64,000 nt of DNA from Sminthopsis crassicaudata (taxonomy: Eukaryota). The position numbers and the translations under genes were made by a program. The DNA lies in NCBI RefSeq assembly GCF_048593235.1, contig NC_133617.1:523446958-523510957 (forward strand). The letters run 5' to 3'. Positions 24,621 through 37,851 of this stretch are shown here, piece after piece (the first letter of the stretch is position 1; each line of letters starts with the position of its first letter). The notes under the pieces were generated by a model. That model was not told where the DNA came from and did not search any database. It saw only the letters and a program-made list of their open reading frames with translations.

Positions 24621-27600
24621 GATAAGGAGAAAATATCACCAACAAAGACTAACAATCAGATGGTGGTCTATGTTTTGTTTTTTGTTTTGGGGGTTTTGTG
24701 TGTGTGTGTGTGGTTTTTTGTTTTTTTTTTTGGTCACTGCAACTCATAAAATCTTCTAATAAAGGCTGTAGAAGCCACTGTATTCATATCACTGAAATTA
24801 CAGAATTTTATGATATTTTAAAGAAAATATGTAAATATATATTGAGAATAAATTAAGAAATGAATTGAAATTGTATAAACATCATCAAAAACAAATAATT
24901 TTGGCAAAGGGATAAATATGTTTTCCTTTGTTTCTTGTGATATATACAAATATATGAAAATTATATTTGTCTCATTATTATATATTACTAATATGTCATA
25001 ACATATTAATATAACAAATATAATTCTTAATGATTAATAACATAATATTGTTATATGTAATCTTGTACTATTATAGATATATATGTATATACATATATAT
25101 AGTTGAATATATTTATTTATAACCTGTCTGTGGGATTAAACCAAAAAAATTCAGACTAATACAAAGGGATTTCAGTGCTTAACACAAAACTTGGCATATA
25201 GAAAACATTTAATAAATGTTATTCATTCATTAATTCCCTTCCCTTCTCCCAAATATTAGGTCATGATGGAGATATTCATCATTTAATTAGTTACCTAGAA
25301 CAATCTTTCTGAGTCCTTCCTATACAATAGTTTAAATTTATACTGCTAAGATTTTTTCATTCTCTTTCTACCTTTTCTGGCATTTTATTTAACTGCCAAT
25401 AGTCTATCTTTTCTCAAGATAAAATACTGCCTGCTCAGGGAATAACAAATTGCAAACAAAGATCATTCTCTAGGATTTAATCATGTATGTTTAAATCCAA
25501 GTTTAAGTTAAGTTCACTTCGTCAATATTTCTAAGTACTGAAACTTCCATCATATTTGATTAAGAACTAATCTACTGTTTCTTCTGGACTCTACTTATGA
25601 AATTTCAGCAGAAAAGAAAGCATTTCTAAACATTATTACAGTGTATTAGATTGTGAACTCTTTTAGGAGAGAGACAATCTTTTGCCTCTTTTTGTATCCC
25701 CTTGAGCTAAATTTCTGGCACATAGTAGGTACTGAATAAATGTTTATTGACAATTTATCAGGTGGACTGCGGACAGGAATTAGATTAATGATTTATTTGA
25801 TACAAGGAAACTTAGAACCATAATGACTATCACAGATTGGCACATGTCCTTGTTTCAACCTTTGCTTTAACCTGAATAAATTATAACTAGGAAAATACAC
25901 TATCTCTTTCTTAGATCCAAAAGAAATATTTCTATCAAAAGTCACACAGATAGTAAAGAGAAGCTTTGAGATGCAGAAATAAAAGAATATAGGAGGTTAA
26001 AAAAATGTGTTCCTGACCAAGAGTCAACATACCCAATTCATGTCATTCATAAGCTTTCTCTGAATTGCCTATAACCAAATTAAATACATTTGGGTCAATA
26101 ATATATTGGGTTGACTACAGTTTTATATTAATATTGGCTTTTCTAGATCATGGATTTAAGGCAGGAAGGCTATTCAATCTGCAACCCTCATCTTATAGAT
26201 AAGGAAACAGAGGTCCAAAGATATTAAAAAACTTAAACAAAAAGCTAAATTTCAGAGGCATAATTTGAACCTAGGTCCTCTTCTCCAAAGGCACACTTTT
26301 TTTCAGCTTGCCTTAATTACTTGTTTTACATTTTTATTGAGGTTAATGTTATATCCAGTTATACAACTAGTAAATGATAGAGCCAAAACTAGAATCAATG
26401 ATCCTCACATTCATTACATTCTGCCATGCTGCAGTTCTATTCTAGTGTCAGGAAAAAGTAGCCCATATATTAGCCAGGAGAGCAGAGGAGAAAAGAATAG
26501 CTGGTTCCTTATTCCCCTTTTAATAGGACAGCTAGCCAGCACCCTCTCCCAGGAGGCTAAAATCAATAGGTGCTTTTGTTCCTAGTTATCCCCGGAGATT
26601 AGATGAACTGTAATACAATATATAAACTTGAAATAAACAGGGATAAGATCTGGATGAGTACACAGTCTCCTTGGGAGAGAAAAAAGGAGAAGGGAATGAC
26701 AATTCATTCAATCTGATTTGAATGAATGAATAGAATTTTTAAGTGTTTACTATATGTCAAGCAATATGCTAAGCATTGGAGATATAAATATAAAGATGAA
26801 ATAGTTCTTATCCTCAAGTTGTATATTATATTCTAGTGAGAGAATAAGTATAGATTAGGAGACTCAAGGAACAGTGTTAGGCTGGGGAAGTCACAAAGAA
26901 GATGAGTGGAACAATAGGATGGTCCATTGACAAGTTCTCTCCAGAGGTCAGAATAAGGATGATTTGTTTTACAGTTCTTGAAGCAAGTGGTGGAAAGAGA
27001 GAAGAATGGAAAATGGAATAGTCTTGATCCAAAGTATCTTAGCTCTTCTTGGATATAATCTCTGATATTTCAAATTAGAAGATAGAGAAACACCAGTGGT
27101 TATGTGTACAATGTCCCAGATGAAGATACTTTCTGTCTCTCATGATTCCAAGAATTTCAAAAGTGAGCTTCTGTAGGTCTCTGGAGATCTGGTTTGTAAG
27201 GCATAAAAGAAGCAATAGCATCAAAAGGGGGAGGAGAAGCTCTTTTTAATTCTCAACATATAAGTATAGTTTTCATCTTTTTACAGTGAGTCCTGATGGT
27301 ACTTTGTCTCATCTATGAAAGTGAGCAACAGCAGTAGAGTTGGTCAGGACCAGGAATTCTTCCTGTCTCTCTTGATTTCAGGATAGAGAAGCTGATGGCC
27401 ACTCAACCTCAGAATGAAACTTTAAAGGTTTTCAGCAACCCTTTACCTCCACACGCTATCTGAACAATGATTTTTCTTATTTTTTTCTATATTACAATAT
27501 TCTGAAACCCTATATCCACCCAACTGTACTTTTGCACACATGCCCCTCCTACAAATTTTTAGTTTTCTCCTCCCTCTAGGATAATGGAGGGAGAAAAGGA

Positions 27601-27649
27601 GCATAATATAGTAACAGCCTTTGTTCTACCAGGACCCTTTCTAGACAGA

Positions 27650-29060
27650 TATTGAATACCCTATAACTGATAGTGGATATGCTCATCAATCTCTCCCATA
27701 ATAGGAACTAATATCTAGCCACCTTTTCCCATATTTTCATTAAAAAATGAAGTTTATTTTTTTAACCTAGCAACAGAATCGAGCTTTCAACCTCATTAAA
27801 TTTAATCTGATTCAAAAGGGCTATCCTTTTGGACTATTGGGAGTTTCTAGATCCAGATTCTGTCATTCAGTATATAAAGTTCTCCTCCAAATTTTATGTT
27901 ATCTATATGAGATCATAAGCAAATTTGATAATCATTCTAAATATGCTTTCATCTAAGTCACTGACAAGAATGCATAACTGAATAGTTCAGTGAGAGATCC
28001 TTAGGAAACTTCACTAATGACCTCCCTCTAAAATAACATCAAACCAAAGCATATGACTCAATCCTGTCACTCACCCAGTTTTAAATTAATTGAACTATCA
28101 TTTATCCCATATCTCTCCATCTTACTCATGAAGTTAGCAATAAGAGATACTGTCAGATGCTTTGCTGATGTCTTCAAGAAGCAGCATGATACAGTGGATA
28201 TTGAGCTGGTTTTACTCAAGAAGACTTAAATTCAAGAACAGCTACTGACATATGCTGATTATGTGACTTGTCACATAACCACTAGACAAGTCACTTCACC
28301 ACTCAGTGGTTAAGCAGTTCCTTTAGGATTTAAGTTGAAGAATACACACTGATGTGAAATGTAAAGGGAATTCCTTACTGTATGATCCTTCCTCTGATGA
28401 AATCACAGATCTTGAGGGATGGGAAGGATTGTCTGCAGCATGCATCTGACTTATCAGCTTAGTTGTTGTTTGATTGAGGGGGACAAGGACCCTTCCTTGT
28501 CATTTCATTCCCTGGTATGGAAACTCTCTCCATCAATACCAGTGAGCAAACCATATCTAACTTAGTCTTATGAAATTGCCATGAGTGAAAGTTTAGGTGA
28601 TTTGCCCATTGTTATATAGTTACCATTTATTTGATATATCTTGAATCCAGGTCTTCCTGACTTCAAAATGAGTCCTCTATTCGTGGTGTCATGTTCCTTC
28701 TAAACAATATGGCCACCCTGTCAAAAGCAGAACTGAGGTTAGCCTGGAACATACCTATTCTTGACAAATAATATGTTTTATTGATCTTTGAGTCCCTTCA
28801 TAGTGCTTACAAACCATCCTTTTAATGATGCATTTAGAATTTTGCCAGCAATATATCAGACTTTGTGGTATTTGCTTTGTAGGCTACAAACTCTACTCTT
28901 TTATTGACAAGTGACACATTTCTTCTTCTTCTTGCTCTTCCTGCATTCCACAATCTTTTAAAGATTGATTATAGCAAACTCAAGAATCACATTAAAAGTT
29001 CTTTCAGTGCCCTAAGATATAGTTTGTTCTGGGACCAGTGACATGAACTTAGTGATGGTA
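27650..29060 (-). mobile_element. CR1/L3 RT region, interrupted by CORE-SINEs (~28180-28690)
   Basis: gagatactgtcagatgctttgctg, ccatctctccatcttactc, tttagaattttgccag, ttctttcagtgccctaagat. Confidence 0.75.
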
Positions 29061-29567
29061 TCTGATCAGCCTGTCCCTTACATCCAGTTTCTACTCTCTG
29101 CTAACTACTTTTGTTCTGTCCTTTCTAGATAAAAGATTATTTTTCTTGGAAAAGAGAAAAGAAGCAAAATATAAGTTGAGGAAATGCTGTTTTCTCATTC
29201 AATATCCTTATCCTACCCAGCATCAAGAATGGGCTTCTGCTCCCTTCAATATCTTCCTTTTGATAGCAATATCACTATAAAATTAAAATGGTGAAAAAAA
29301 ACTAAAAGAATTTAAATATAATTGGGGGAAATAGGACCTTTGACTCCAAATCCAGTGTTTTTTCCTACCATGAAATGCTGCATCCTGATTTCAGTAAAAG
29401 AAAATATACTTTTAATGAGGCATTACAAAAAGATTATCTTTGTCCTTATGTGTCCCAATTTTTGGTGAAAAAAAAATAATATGGTCTTCAGAGAAACAAT
29501 GAATAATGTCTCTAAAATGGAACCCTTTCTCAAAGGAGCCTAGGATAATTTCTATAATTTTGTGATA

Positions 29568-29662
29568 CAGAGCATGATGAGAACAGAGAGAACAGATGAG
29601 CCTAATGGGAAGGAGGTTCAGAGCATGATGAGAACAGAGAGGAAAAATTAGCCTGATGAGAA
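29568..29662 (+). repeat. Diverged ~51-bp tandem duplication
   Basis: cagagcatgatgagaacagaga exact at 29568-29589 and 29619-29640. Confidence 0.85.
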
Positions 29663-31749
29663 TAAAGTACAGACAACAGTTATTAACAATGAATTTAGTT
29701 AGTAATGAAAAAATAGAGCAGTCCAAATACTACTACAATTAATAGGATAATGGAATTTAGAAGCAAAATGGACCTTACAGATCATTTAGTTCAAACTTAA
29801 TTCTTTAATAGATAAAGAAACTGAGGCCCAGAGAAGAAAAATGACTCATCTTAGATCAAGCTAGTAATAGCCAGGATTCAAATTTAATCTTCAAACTTCA
29901 AAATAGTTATTTCTTATTGTTATATTAACTATTATAATAAATTACAAAGTAATTCTCTGATGACAATCCTATGAGGTAGACAGTACAAAAATTATTTCCA
30001 TCTGCAGATGGGAGACTTAAATGATATATGTATTCACTATTCAGTTCCATAATGGCACATTTGTGCCAACTTGACAAATTCAAATAGCTATTTTTTTAAA
30101 TTAATGATTCCTACAATACTAGTATTTAAAAAAAATTAATCTAAGATGAGACAACATGAGACAAAAGTGGCATTTATAATAAAGCAATGCATTTATAATA
30201 AACATTTCTTGTGAAAAATGGAGAGAATATAAGTTAGATAATTGGTAGGGTCAAAATTGGTTGAATTTCCACACCCAAAGAGTCTTCGTTAATGGTTCAT
30301 TGAACACTCTCTGGGATTTGGCCCTCAGATATTTATTTGCTTTTTAATCAATAACTTGGTTTAATACATAGTAAATGAAGTTTTCAAAAACAAAAGTTGA
30401 GAATCAAAGCTAACATTCTGGAATGCAGATTCCAATGATTCCAATATTTAAGTTGTTAATGGACTGAATCCAATAAGATTGCATTTATAATAGGAAGAAA
30501 AATGGGAAAAAAAAAAAAGAGGAAATAGGGGAAAGTAGATAGAGAACTAGGCTAAGAACCAGGAAGACCTAGATTCAAGGACCTCTAAACATTAAGGTGC
30601 ATAAGAGATTAAATGACTTCTCATAACTAGTAAGAATCTAAGGTTACATCTGAACTCAGCCCAAAACTCTATCCACTGTGCCACATAACTCTTAGTAAAG
30701 TTAAATCATTTAAATTAAAGTTAGTCAACCCGGCTATAAATTACAAAGCAGATTCCAATCTGAAGTCATAAAAGAAGTTCCCTATATCAATGAAATAACA
30801 GGTCTTGTCCAAAAGTAAAATATTATTTTTGGTTTCAAAAAAGTCAACTTTATATCTTTCTCAGGTTTAAACTAGATGGCCACTGAAGTACCCTCAAACT
30901 CCAAAATTAAGTAAAATTGTCACTTGTCATTCCTTCATATTTCCCTTACTCTGGACTATTTTCCACCCATTGATAGGCATTAATTTCCTCCAGATACCAA
31001 TCTTACTTTCCTATTTTTAAAACATAGCTTAATGCTATGGATCCTTTGCTTTTGTGAATCCTTGCTTCCTATTTTCTGTTTACTTTGTGAGATCCCAGGT
31101 TTTTTTTAACTTTTTTTTTTACTACATACCCTTTTCCTCCAAGGTATATTCTCTGCATGGTCTCCTATTCTTCAAATTTGTTTTTCATTTCAACAAATAG
31201 AGGCAAGTATCTACCAATTATTGTCATGCATCACATCCTTTTTGTATTTGTATTTTCTGTACCTGGCACAATACTGGCATAAGGGAAGTACTTAATAAAA
31301 TTTTCACTCCTTCATTCATTCATTCATTTTTCACATTGATCCAAATATCACCCAGCAATATCACAGCAGGACCTGTTTATTGTGTAGCTAGGACAAAATG
31401 ACAAAGGAAATCAGTGAAACCAAGAGAAATGTGTATTCTCTTTTACTTTACCTAAAATTTCTCCATAGTCCAATCATGAGTAAAAAGCCAAAAGACCTTT
31501 GAAAACATTCACATACCTCTGCAAACCAGTATCAAATACAAGTTTTTTAAAGATGAGGAAAGGGCAGCAAATGGGCAATGGCCCATGCAAAAGTTGCTTT
31601 GAGAGACACACAGTTCAACAAGAATATTGCTCGACTGACAGAAGCATTTGTCTCAGCAAATATTCCTCTTCATGCCTGACTCATTCAGCCATGAGAAGAT
31701 GTACACAGGCAGCAATCTAAAAAATATTGCATAGCTCCCTGTAACTCAC

Positions 31750-31778
31750 CAGCTGCGAAAATTCTATCTACCCGCCCT
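31750..31778 (-). CDS. 29-nt internal exon of an unidentified minus-strand gene (xGRVDRIFAA[G] if coding)
   Basis: Minus strand: ttttcctctctccccactttcttttatatttcacag|AGGGCGGGTAGATAGAATTTTCGCAGCTG|gtgagtt. About 40-nt polypyrimidine tract, near-consensus donor, two CpGs, one open frame, repeat-free flanks. Confidence 0.6.
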
Positions 31779-32899
31779 CTGTGAAATATAAAAGAAAGTG
31801 GGGAGAGAGGAAAAAAAAAACATCAAAAAGAAAGTTTCTATTTATGACATTTTCTCTTATTTTCTATACATAGTGAAGTTTTAAAAATAGGAGATTTTAT
31901 TCCAACATAAATCTTCATTTTTCCCAGAGCTTCCCATTTAACAAATTTCATTTGCCATATAGATATATTTTTAAAGATATAATATATTTTATAAAGTATT
32001 TCACATTCAATATCTCATTTGAACTTCATGGCACTTTTGTGAATTAGATACTTTAAACATTATTACCCACAGATCCACAGGTAGTAAATACTGGAGAGAG
32101 GATTTGAATTGAGATCTTGTCAGCTCCAAAGCCAGCATTTTGTTTCTATACAAACCTGTCTCTGTAAATATTAATTTAATTCTTTTTTTCTGGAGAATAT
32201 TGGCATATTCAACCAGACTTACTATTAGTAAGAATTGGGAAAAGAGTACCCTAATGCTTGATCTTTTATCATTGGGAAAAATTCTTGTCATCTAATGATC
32301 CCTAGATCTGCTTTAGGATATACTGGATTCTGCTTACCAAAACTGTCTTTGGTATTTGAAAATTTGAAAATTTTCTTTGGGTCCTGGGAAGAACCTTGCT
32401 GATATAGGCAGAACTGGAAATCCAAGCCTTCTGGGGAACAGACTGAAATGCCTACATTTGTGCTTGAGTTATTATCTTGCTTGGGTCAGAACAGTAGGCC
32501 TACTTTATAAAATTTCTTGGAGAGTTAATGGAGAGTCAAATTTCCTACTGCTTTAAAAAAAATGAAGATGGATAAATTAACTGAGCATTACATGACATGA
32601 AGACATCATTCATCACAAACACATTAACAGGTACATGCTCAATTACCAAAGTGGCCTTTTCTTTTTCAGCCAAAAAAGTAAACATCTGTGAGACCATGAT
32701 GCCTCATTCTGGTTTACTCACCCCATGTTATAATTATCAAACCTTACTTTCCAAAAGTCTTTTTATGTCATACTTATGTCATCCCTTCCCTTTATATTAT
32801 CAATAGCATTAATTAATATGTTCAAAGTATGACAGGCAATAATACTATTTCTAAAGCAATATATGAGTTCAGAACATTTCGGGTCATGGAAGTGCTAGC

Positions 32900-33034
32900 N
32901 NNNNNNNNNNNNNNNNNNNNNNNNNNNNNNNNNNNNNNNNNNNNNNNNNNNNNNNNNNNNNNNNNNNNNNNNNNNNNNNNNNNNNNNNNNNNNNNNNNNN
33001 NNNNNNNNNNNNNNNNNNNNNNNNNNNNNNNNNN
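32900..33034. other. Assembly gap (135 N) next to a (GGAA)n-type tract
   Basis: N run; purine microsatellite 33035-33145. Confidence 0.99.
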
Positions 33035-33217
33035 AAGGAAAGATTGAAAGAAGGAAGGAAGGGAGGGAGGGAGGGAGGGAAGGAGGAAGGAGGAAGGAAG
33101 GAAGGAGCAAAAAAGAAAGGAAAAGAAAGAAAAGAGAAGGAAGATAAGTTACTTTTCACAGTTAATTTCAGTGTACATTTCTGATTTAGGCATCCTTCTA
33201 TTTCAAATTTATAGATC

Positions 33218-33403
33218 TAAGGGGCAACTAGATGATGTAGTAGATAGAGTATCATCTCTGCAGTCAGGAGGACCTGAGTTCATATCTGGTCTCAGACACT
33301 TAACATTTACTAGCTGTGTGATCCTGGATAAGTTACTGAACCCCAACAGCCTCACCACAATAAAAAAGAAAATAAATTATTAAAATTATTAAAAAAAAAA
33401 AAA
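33218..33403 (+). mobile_element. WSINE1-type CORE-SINE with 14-bp TSD
   Basis: ggggcaactagatg...ggaggacctgagttc...A-rich tail; TSD caaatttatagatc at 33204-33217 and 33404-33417. Confidence 0.9.
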
Positions 33404-34305
33404 CAAATTTATAGATCCAGAAATCTTAAGGACCTTGTCCAAATCAGACCTATCACATTATAGTTGTGCATTTCTTCTTTTCAGATAAAAGTTGGGAATG
33501 GATGATAAGAAATAGTTTTAAATGCCTATTCCACTTTTTCTAAGTTGGAAAGAGAAGCAGAGCTTGTGGTTTACTTATGAAGCTTATCCAAACCTACATA
33601 TGCTCTTCTGATGCAGTTTTAGCATTCAATTAGCAGTTGGCTTCAATATCTGTATCCATGGAACTGAACTGCCTGTCTTTACCTCTGATGAATTTGTCTT
33701 TAAGGCATTCATTTGCAATGGGGGGTACAAAAGATGTCTTAAGAAGCAACTAGAATTCAATTAAGACTTAAAATGTGAAAACATACAATATGTTCTTTCC
33801 AATAAAACAAACCAAATAAGTATTCATTAAGATTTTACATACGTATTTCCTTTGCCTAAGATGTGATCCAATTTTGAGATGTGAAAGTGATTTAAATCAA
33901 ATGCCAGTTGTTAGGTCTCCACAAAATTCTAGCAGTTTGACATCATCTCACAACTTTGCCTCTGCCAAATGACTTTGTCTTAGCTTTGCTCTGATTCCCA
34001 GGCACCTAAAACATGATGAATTTCCCTAAGTAGTCATGACTACAAAGGTGAGAAATTAGGTAAGTAAGCTTTGTAGATGGTGGGTGGGTAGGTGGGTGGA
34101 TGGATGGATGGATGGATGGATGAATGGACGGATTGATTATTGCTAGACTAACACCCAGGGAACTTCTTTTACTTGGGCAGAGAAGTCCTAATAAACAGTG
34201 ATTCTAACTTTATCAACAAAAAGTCTCATAATTTATGTTACAGGGTTTAGTACAATTCCTGACACATAATAGGAGCTTAATAAATACTTATTGATTAGAT
34301 ATGAC

Positions 34306-34423
34306 TCATTACATCACTCTCATCTTATTAGAATTTCCCATATCTGTTTGATTATGGTCAATTATGGTCATTACATCACTCTCATCTTATTAGAATTTCC
34401 CATATCTGTTTGATGTATGGTCA
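34306..34423 (+). repeat. 62-bp-period tandem duplication
   Basis: tcattacatcactctcatcttattagaatttcccatatctgtttgat occurs identically at 34306 and 34368. Confidence 0.95.
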
Positions 34424-34933
34424 AGTTGGTTACATCTTAGTATAGTATATGGCCAAAGAGCAAGATATATTTCTATAGGTAGTCCTCATGACCTCACAAG
34501 AGACATCTTGTTTGCAAAATGAAAATATCACTTTTGTTTTTGGTCCTACTTTATGTCACTTTGGTGATTATTTATAATTCAGCTTGGCGTCAACTAAAAG
34601 CAGTATCCATGGATCTACCTTTCCCTTCCAGAGATAGATTATAGCAGGAAAGAAATGTATTTCAATATAATTGATTTCTTTGAATTCTGAATGTTTTATT
34701 TTATGCCTTTAAAAACATTATTCTGAGAAGAGGTATATAGCTTTCACCAGATTACTAGAGGAGTCAATGACACACAAAAGATTCAGTATCCGTGTAATAA
34801 ATTGAATAGCTAATGTATATGAAAGGAAATAGAATACTTCAAAATCTGCCCATAAGAACTTTCATATCAGATATCAATGAAATATTGGCTTTTTATAGGT
34901 AGCAATCAATCAATATTTATTAAATGTCAACTA

Positions 34934-35172
34934 GGCATCTAGGTGATAGATCCAGAATGAGGAATATTCATCTTTATAAATTCAAATCCAGCCTCAGAAA
35001 CCTGGTAGCTCCATGACTGGACAACTCATTTAACCCACTGTATCTGTTTCTTCATCTGCAAAATGAGCCAGAGAAGGAAATGGCAAACCACTCGAATATC
35101 TTTGCCAAGAAAACCTCAAATAGGATCATGAAGAGTTATACATGACTGAAACAACTAAACGACAATAATAAC
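34934..35172 (+). mobile_element. MAR1-type SINE
   Basis: gagaaggaaatggcaaaccactcgaatatctttgccaagaaaacc tail. Confidence 0.9.
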
Positions 35173-35502
35173 AACCACAAATGTTCCTGGCACTGTATTA
35201 GGCACTGGAAAATAAGTACAATCTCAATTAGCTTCAGTTGCTTCACCTATACAATAAAAGAGTTGTACTTGATGGCTTTCCTCTTCTGGCTCCGATGAAA
35301 ATTCCATCATCACAAATCCTACCCTATTTTCTCAAAGCAACAAATATTTATTAATATCTACTAGTGCATCTAATATGGAACTAATTCAAATATTCACTGA
35401 TTAACAAAGTGATCCTTTAAAAGACTAGAAAGATCTTTATTCTCCCACCCCATTGATATGAGGCAAAACTTAAACTCTCAGAGAAAAACTCTAAGAAGTA
35501 TA

Positions 35503-35807
35503 AATGCCCCAGCAACCAAAAGGCTTTGTTCTATATCCAAGGTGCTCTGTAATCTCTGCAAGCATTATGATGGCAATTATATGGTACTTTATAACAGCTA
35601 GTGTAAAATAATGGATTGAATGCTAGACTTGCATTTAGGAAGATCTAACCTCAAATTCTACCTCTGACCATGAATTATGTTCAAGTAATTTCACTTTGCT
35701 GAATGTTTCTGCATCTATACAATGGGGATAATATTTTACTACCTTTCACAAAGAGTAGTTATGAGGTTCAAATAAGCTAATCTATTAAAGCACTTTACAT
35801 ACCTTAA

Positions 35808-35862
<55 letters not shown>

Positions 35863-35901
35863 TAACTGTTGTAAAGAGCCTGGTAATCTTTTAGCATATC
35901 C
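35503..35901 (+). repeat. ~400-bp local duplication, copy 1 (MIR plus unique flank, contains (TG)n)
   Basis: Colinear and highly similar to 36871-37263. Confidence 0.95.
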
Positions 35902-36870
35902 TCTTTTGGGTGGAATTGACTAAATCCAGAACAAGTCACTTTAGCCATGCTACTCATTTACCAATAACTCTGTAAAAACAAAGGCAATTTAGAAATAACT
36001 CATCTTCCTATTAAGTCAAGCAGTACTAATACAAGCAAGAAAAGAATGTAAGTTAAAGTTTTACTCAGAGCAACTAAAAAATCTCTCCTACCATGTAATT
36101 TAAATCCACCATCCAGTTTCAAAATCATGCAAAACAATCTGGTTAGCTTCTAGTACTCAGACAACTGACTATAGTTTGGGTACTATTTATATTTGCTATT
36201 TCTGATGGCTAAGCTTCTTTCATTAACCCAAAGCCTCAGAAGAAGAAAAAATAGATTAGAAAGATCAGACATGGACACATGGCAAATTCTTTTACTTAGA
36301 ACATTACAGTCAGTTCTCATCATCATGAATACTAACTAATGAATTTGGTCATTTTGCCAGAAACCCTTGTACATTCAGACTTAGTGCACTCAGTACTGAT
36401 TATGTAGCTCTTCATAAAGAAGAAGCAGTGTTTATGTCAGTTCTGAAGCTATGTCCTATTACATGAAGATATCTTCTTTGAGGTCCTGCAGATACAAACC
36501 AGCATACAGCTGCTCTCTGCTCACTTTGTTTAAAGATAAATCTATCAATTGTTTGGCTTAGTTAATCTGTGATATAAATTAATGCCAATCACTTGTGAGA
36601 TTGCAATATTAATAAAATATGAAAATACCCCAAATAAAGGGACAAATCATCAGGAGGTGAAAAACTTATAAAGGCATTCAAATGAGTTATATACATTTAT
36701 GAGAAGAGAAAGGCAGATACAGAGAGACAAAGATACAGGGAAACAGAGACAAGATAAAGACAGGGGAGAGAAAGAAGAAAGTAGGAAGAAGAGAATAAAA
36801 GAGAGGAGGTGAAAAAGGAAGGGGAGAGACAGAAGAGTGAGAGAGAAGAAGAAAGATAGAGAAGAAAAAG

Positions 36871-37263
36871 AATGCCCCAGCAATTAAAAGGCAGAAGCTT
36901 TGCTTTGTTCTATATCCAAGGTACTCTGTAGTCTCTACAAGCATTGTCATATTATGATGACAATTATATGGTACTTTATAATAGTTAGTATCAAATAGTG
37001 GATTGAGTGCTAGACTTGCATTTAGGAAGATCTAGCTTCAAATTCTACCTCTGACTATGAATTATGTTCAAGTCATTTCACTTTGCTGAATGTTTCTGCA
37101 TCTATATAATGGGGATAATAATATTTCACTACCTTCACAAAGAGTGGTTATAAGGTTCAAATAAGTTAATCTATTTAAAGCATTTTACATACTTTGAAAG
37201 GTTTTACATATATATACATGTCAATAACTGTTGTAAAGAGCCTTGTAACCTTTTAACACATCC
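36871..37263 (+). repeat. ~400-bp local duplication, copy 2
   Basis: Colinear and highly similar to 35503-35901; starts right after a GA-rich tract (36700-36870). Confidence 0.95.
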
Positions 37264-37707
37264 ATATTCTTCACAGAGGTGAAGAAGAGAGGAGCGAGAT
37301 CTAAAGAAGCAAATGGAAATGCAGTCTGTCAATTAGTTAATAACTAAGCATCTATTGTGTGCCAGCTACCTTTGACTCTTCATTCCTGTGTAAACTTAAG
37401 CAAATTAGGTAACTTTTCTGACTATCAGTTTCCTCATTTCAGTCCCAAAAATGTGATAGTTGGAATATATAAACTCTGAAATTGCAGAATCTTCGAATTT
37501 GAGAGTTGGAAAAGGCATCCATGACATGTAGTCCAACCTTTACCTGAAAGGAATCCCTCCACTATCATACTCAACAAGGGTATGATTAAAAAACTTTTAA
37601 ACAGTAATACCCAGTACTCATTATAATATTCAAAATTGGGTCAAGTAAAAAGAGAGTTCCAAGGTACCATTACCTTCTTATTCTTGAAAGCTATTGCTAG
37701 TCCTCTT

Positions 37708-37851
37708 GTTTTTTATCATAGTTTTTTATTTACAAGATATATGCATGGGTAATTTTTCAGCATTGACAATTGCAAAACCTTTTGTTACAATTTTCCCCTC
37801 CTTCCCTCCCACCCCCTAAAGTATATGATATATGTTAAAGTATATGTGTTC
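37708..37851 (-). mobile_element. Very short L1 3'-end insertion with 11-bp TSD
   Basis: tttatttacaagatatatgcatgggtaatttttcagcattgac...; TSD ctagtcctctt at 37697-37707 and 37852-37862. Confidence 0.9.

Noticed and set aside
32338-32442. 105-nt minus-strand segment between cag and gtaagc, open in all three frames
   Set aside because: Poor polypyrimidine tract with a competing AG; splicing to the 29-nt exon gives a stop in every frame; no recognisable peptide.
32829-33159. ORFs spanning N runs (also 49145-49609) and low-complexity tracts (15847, 36650, 44856)
   Set aside because: Artefacts of assembly gaps and stop-free simple repeats.
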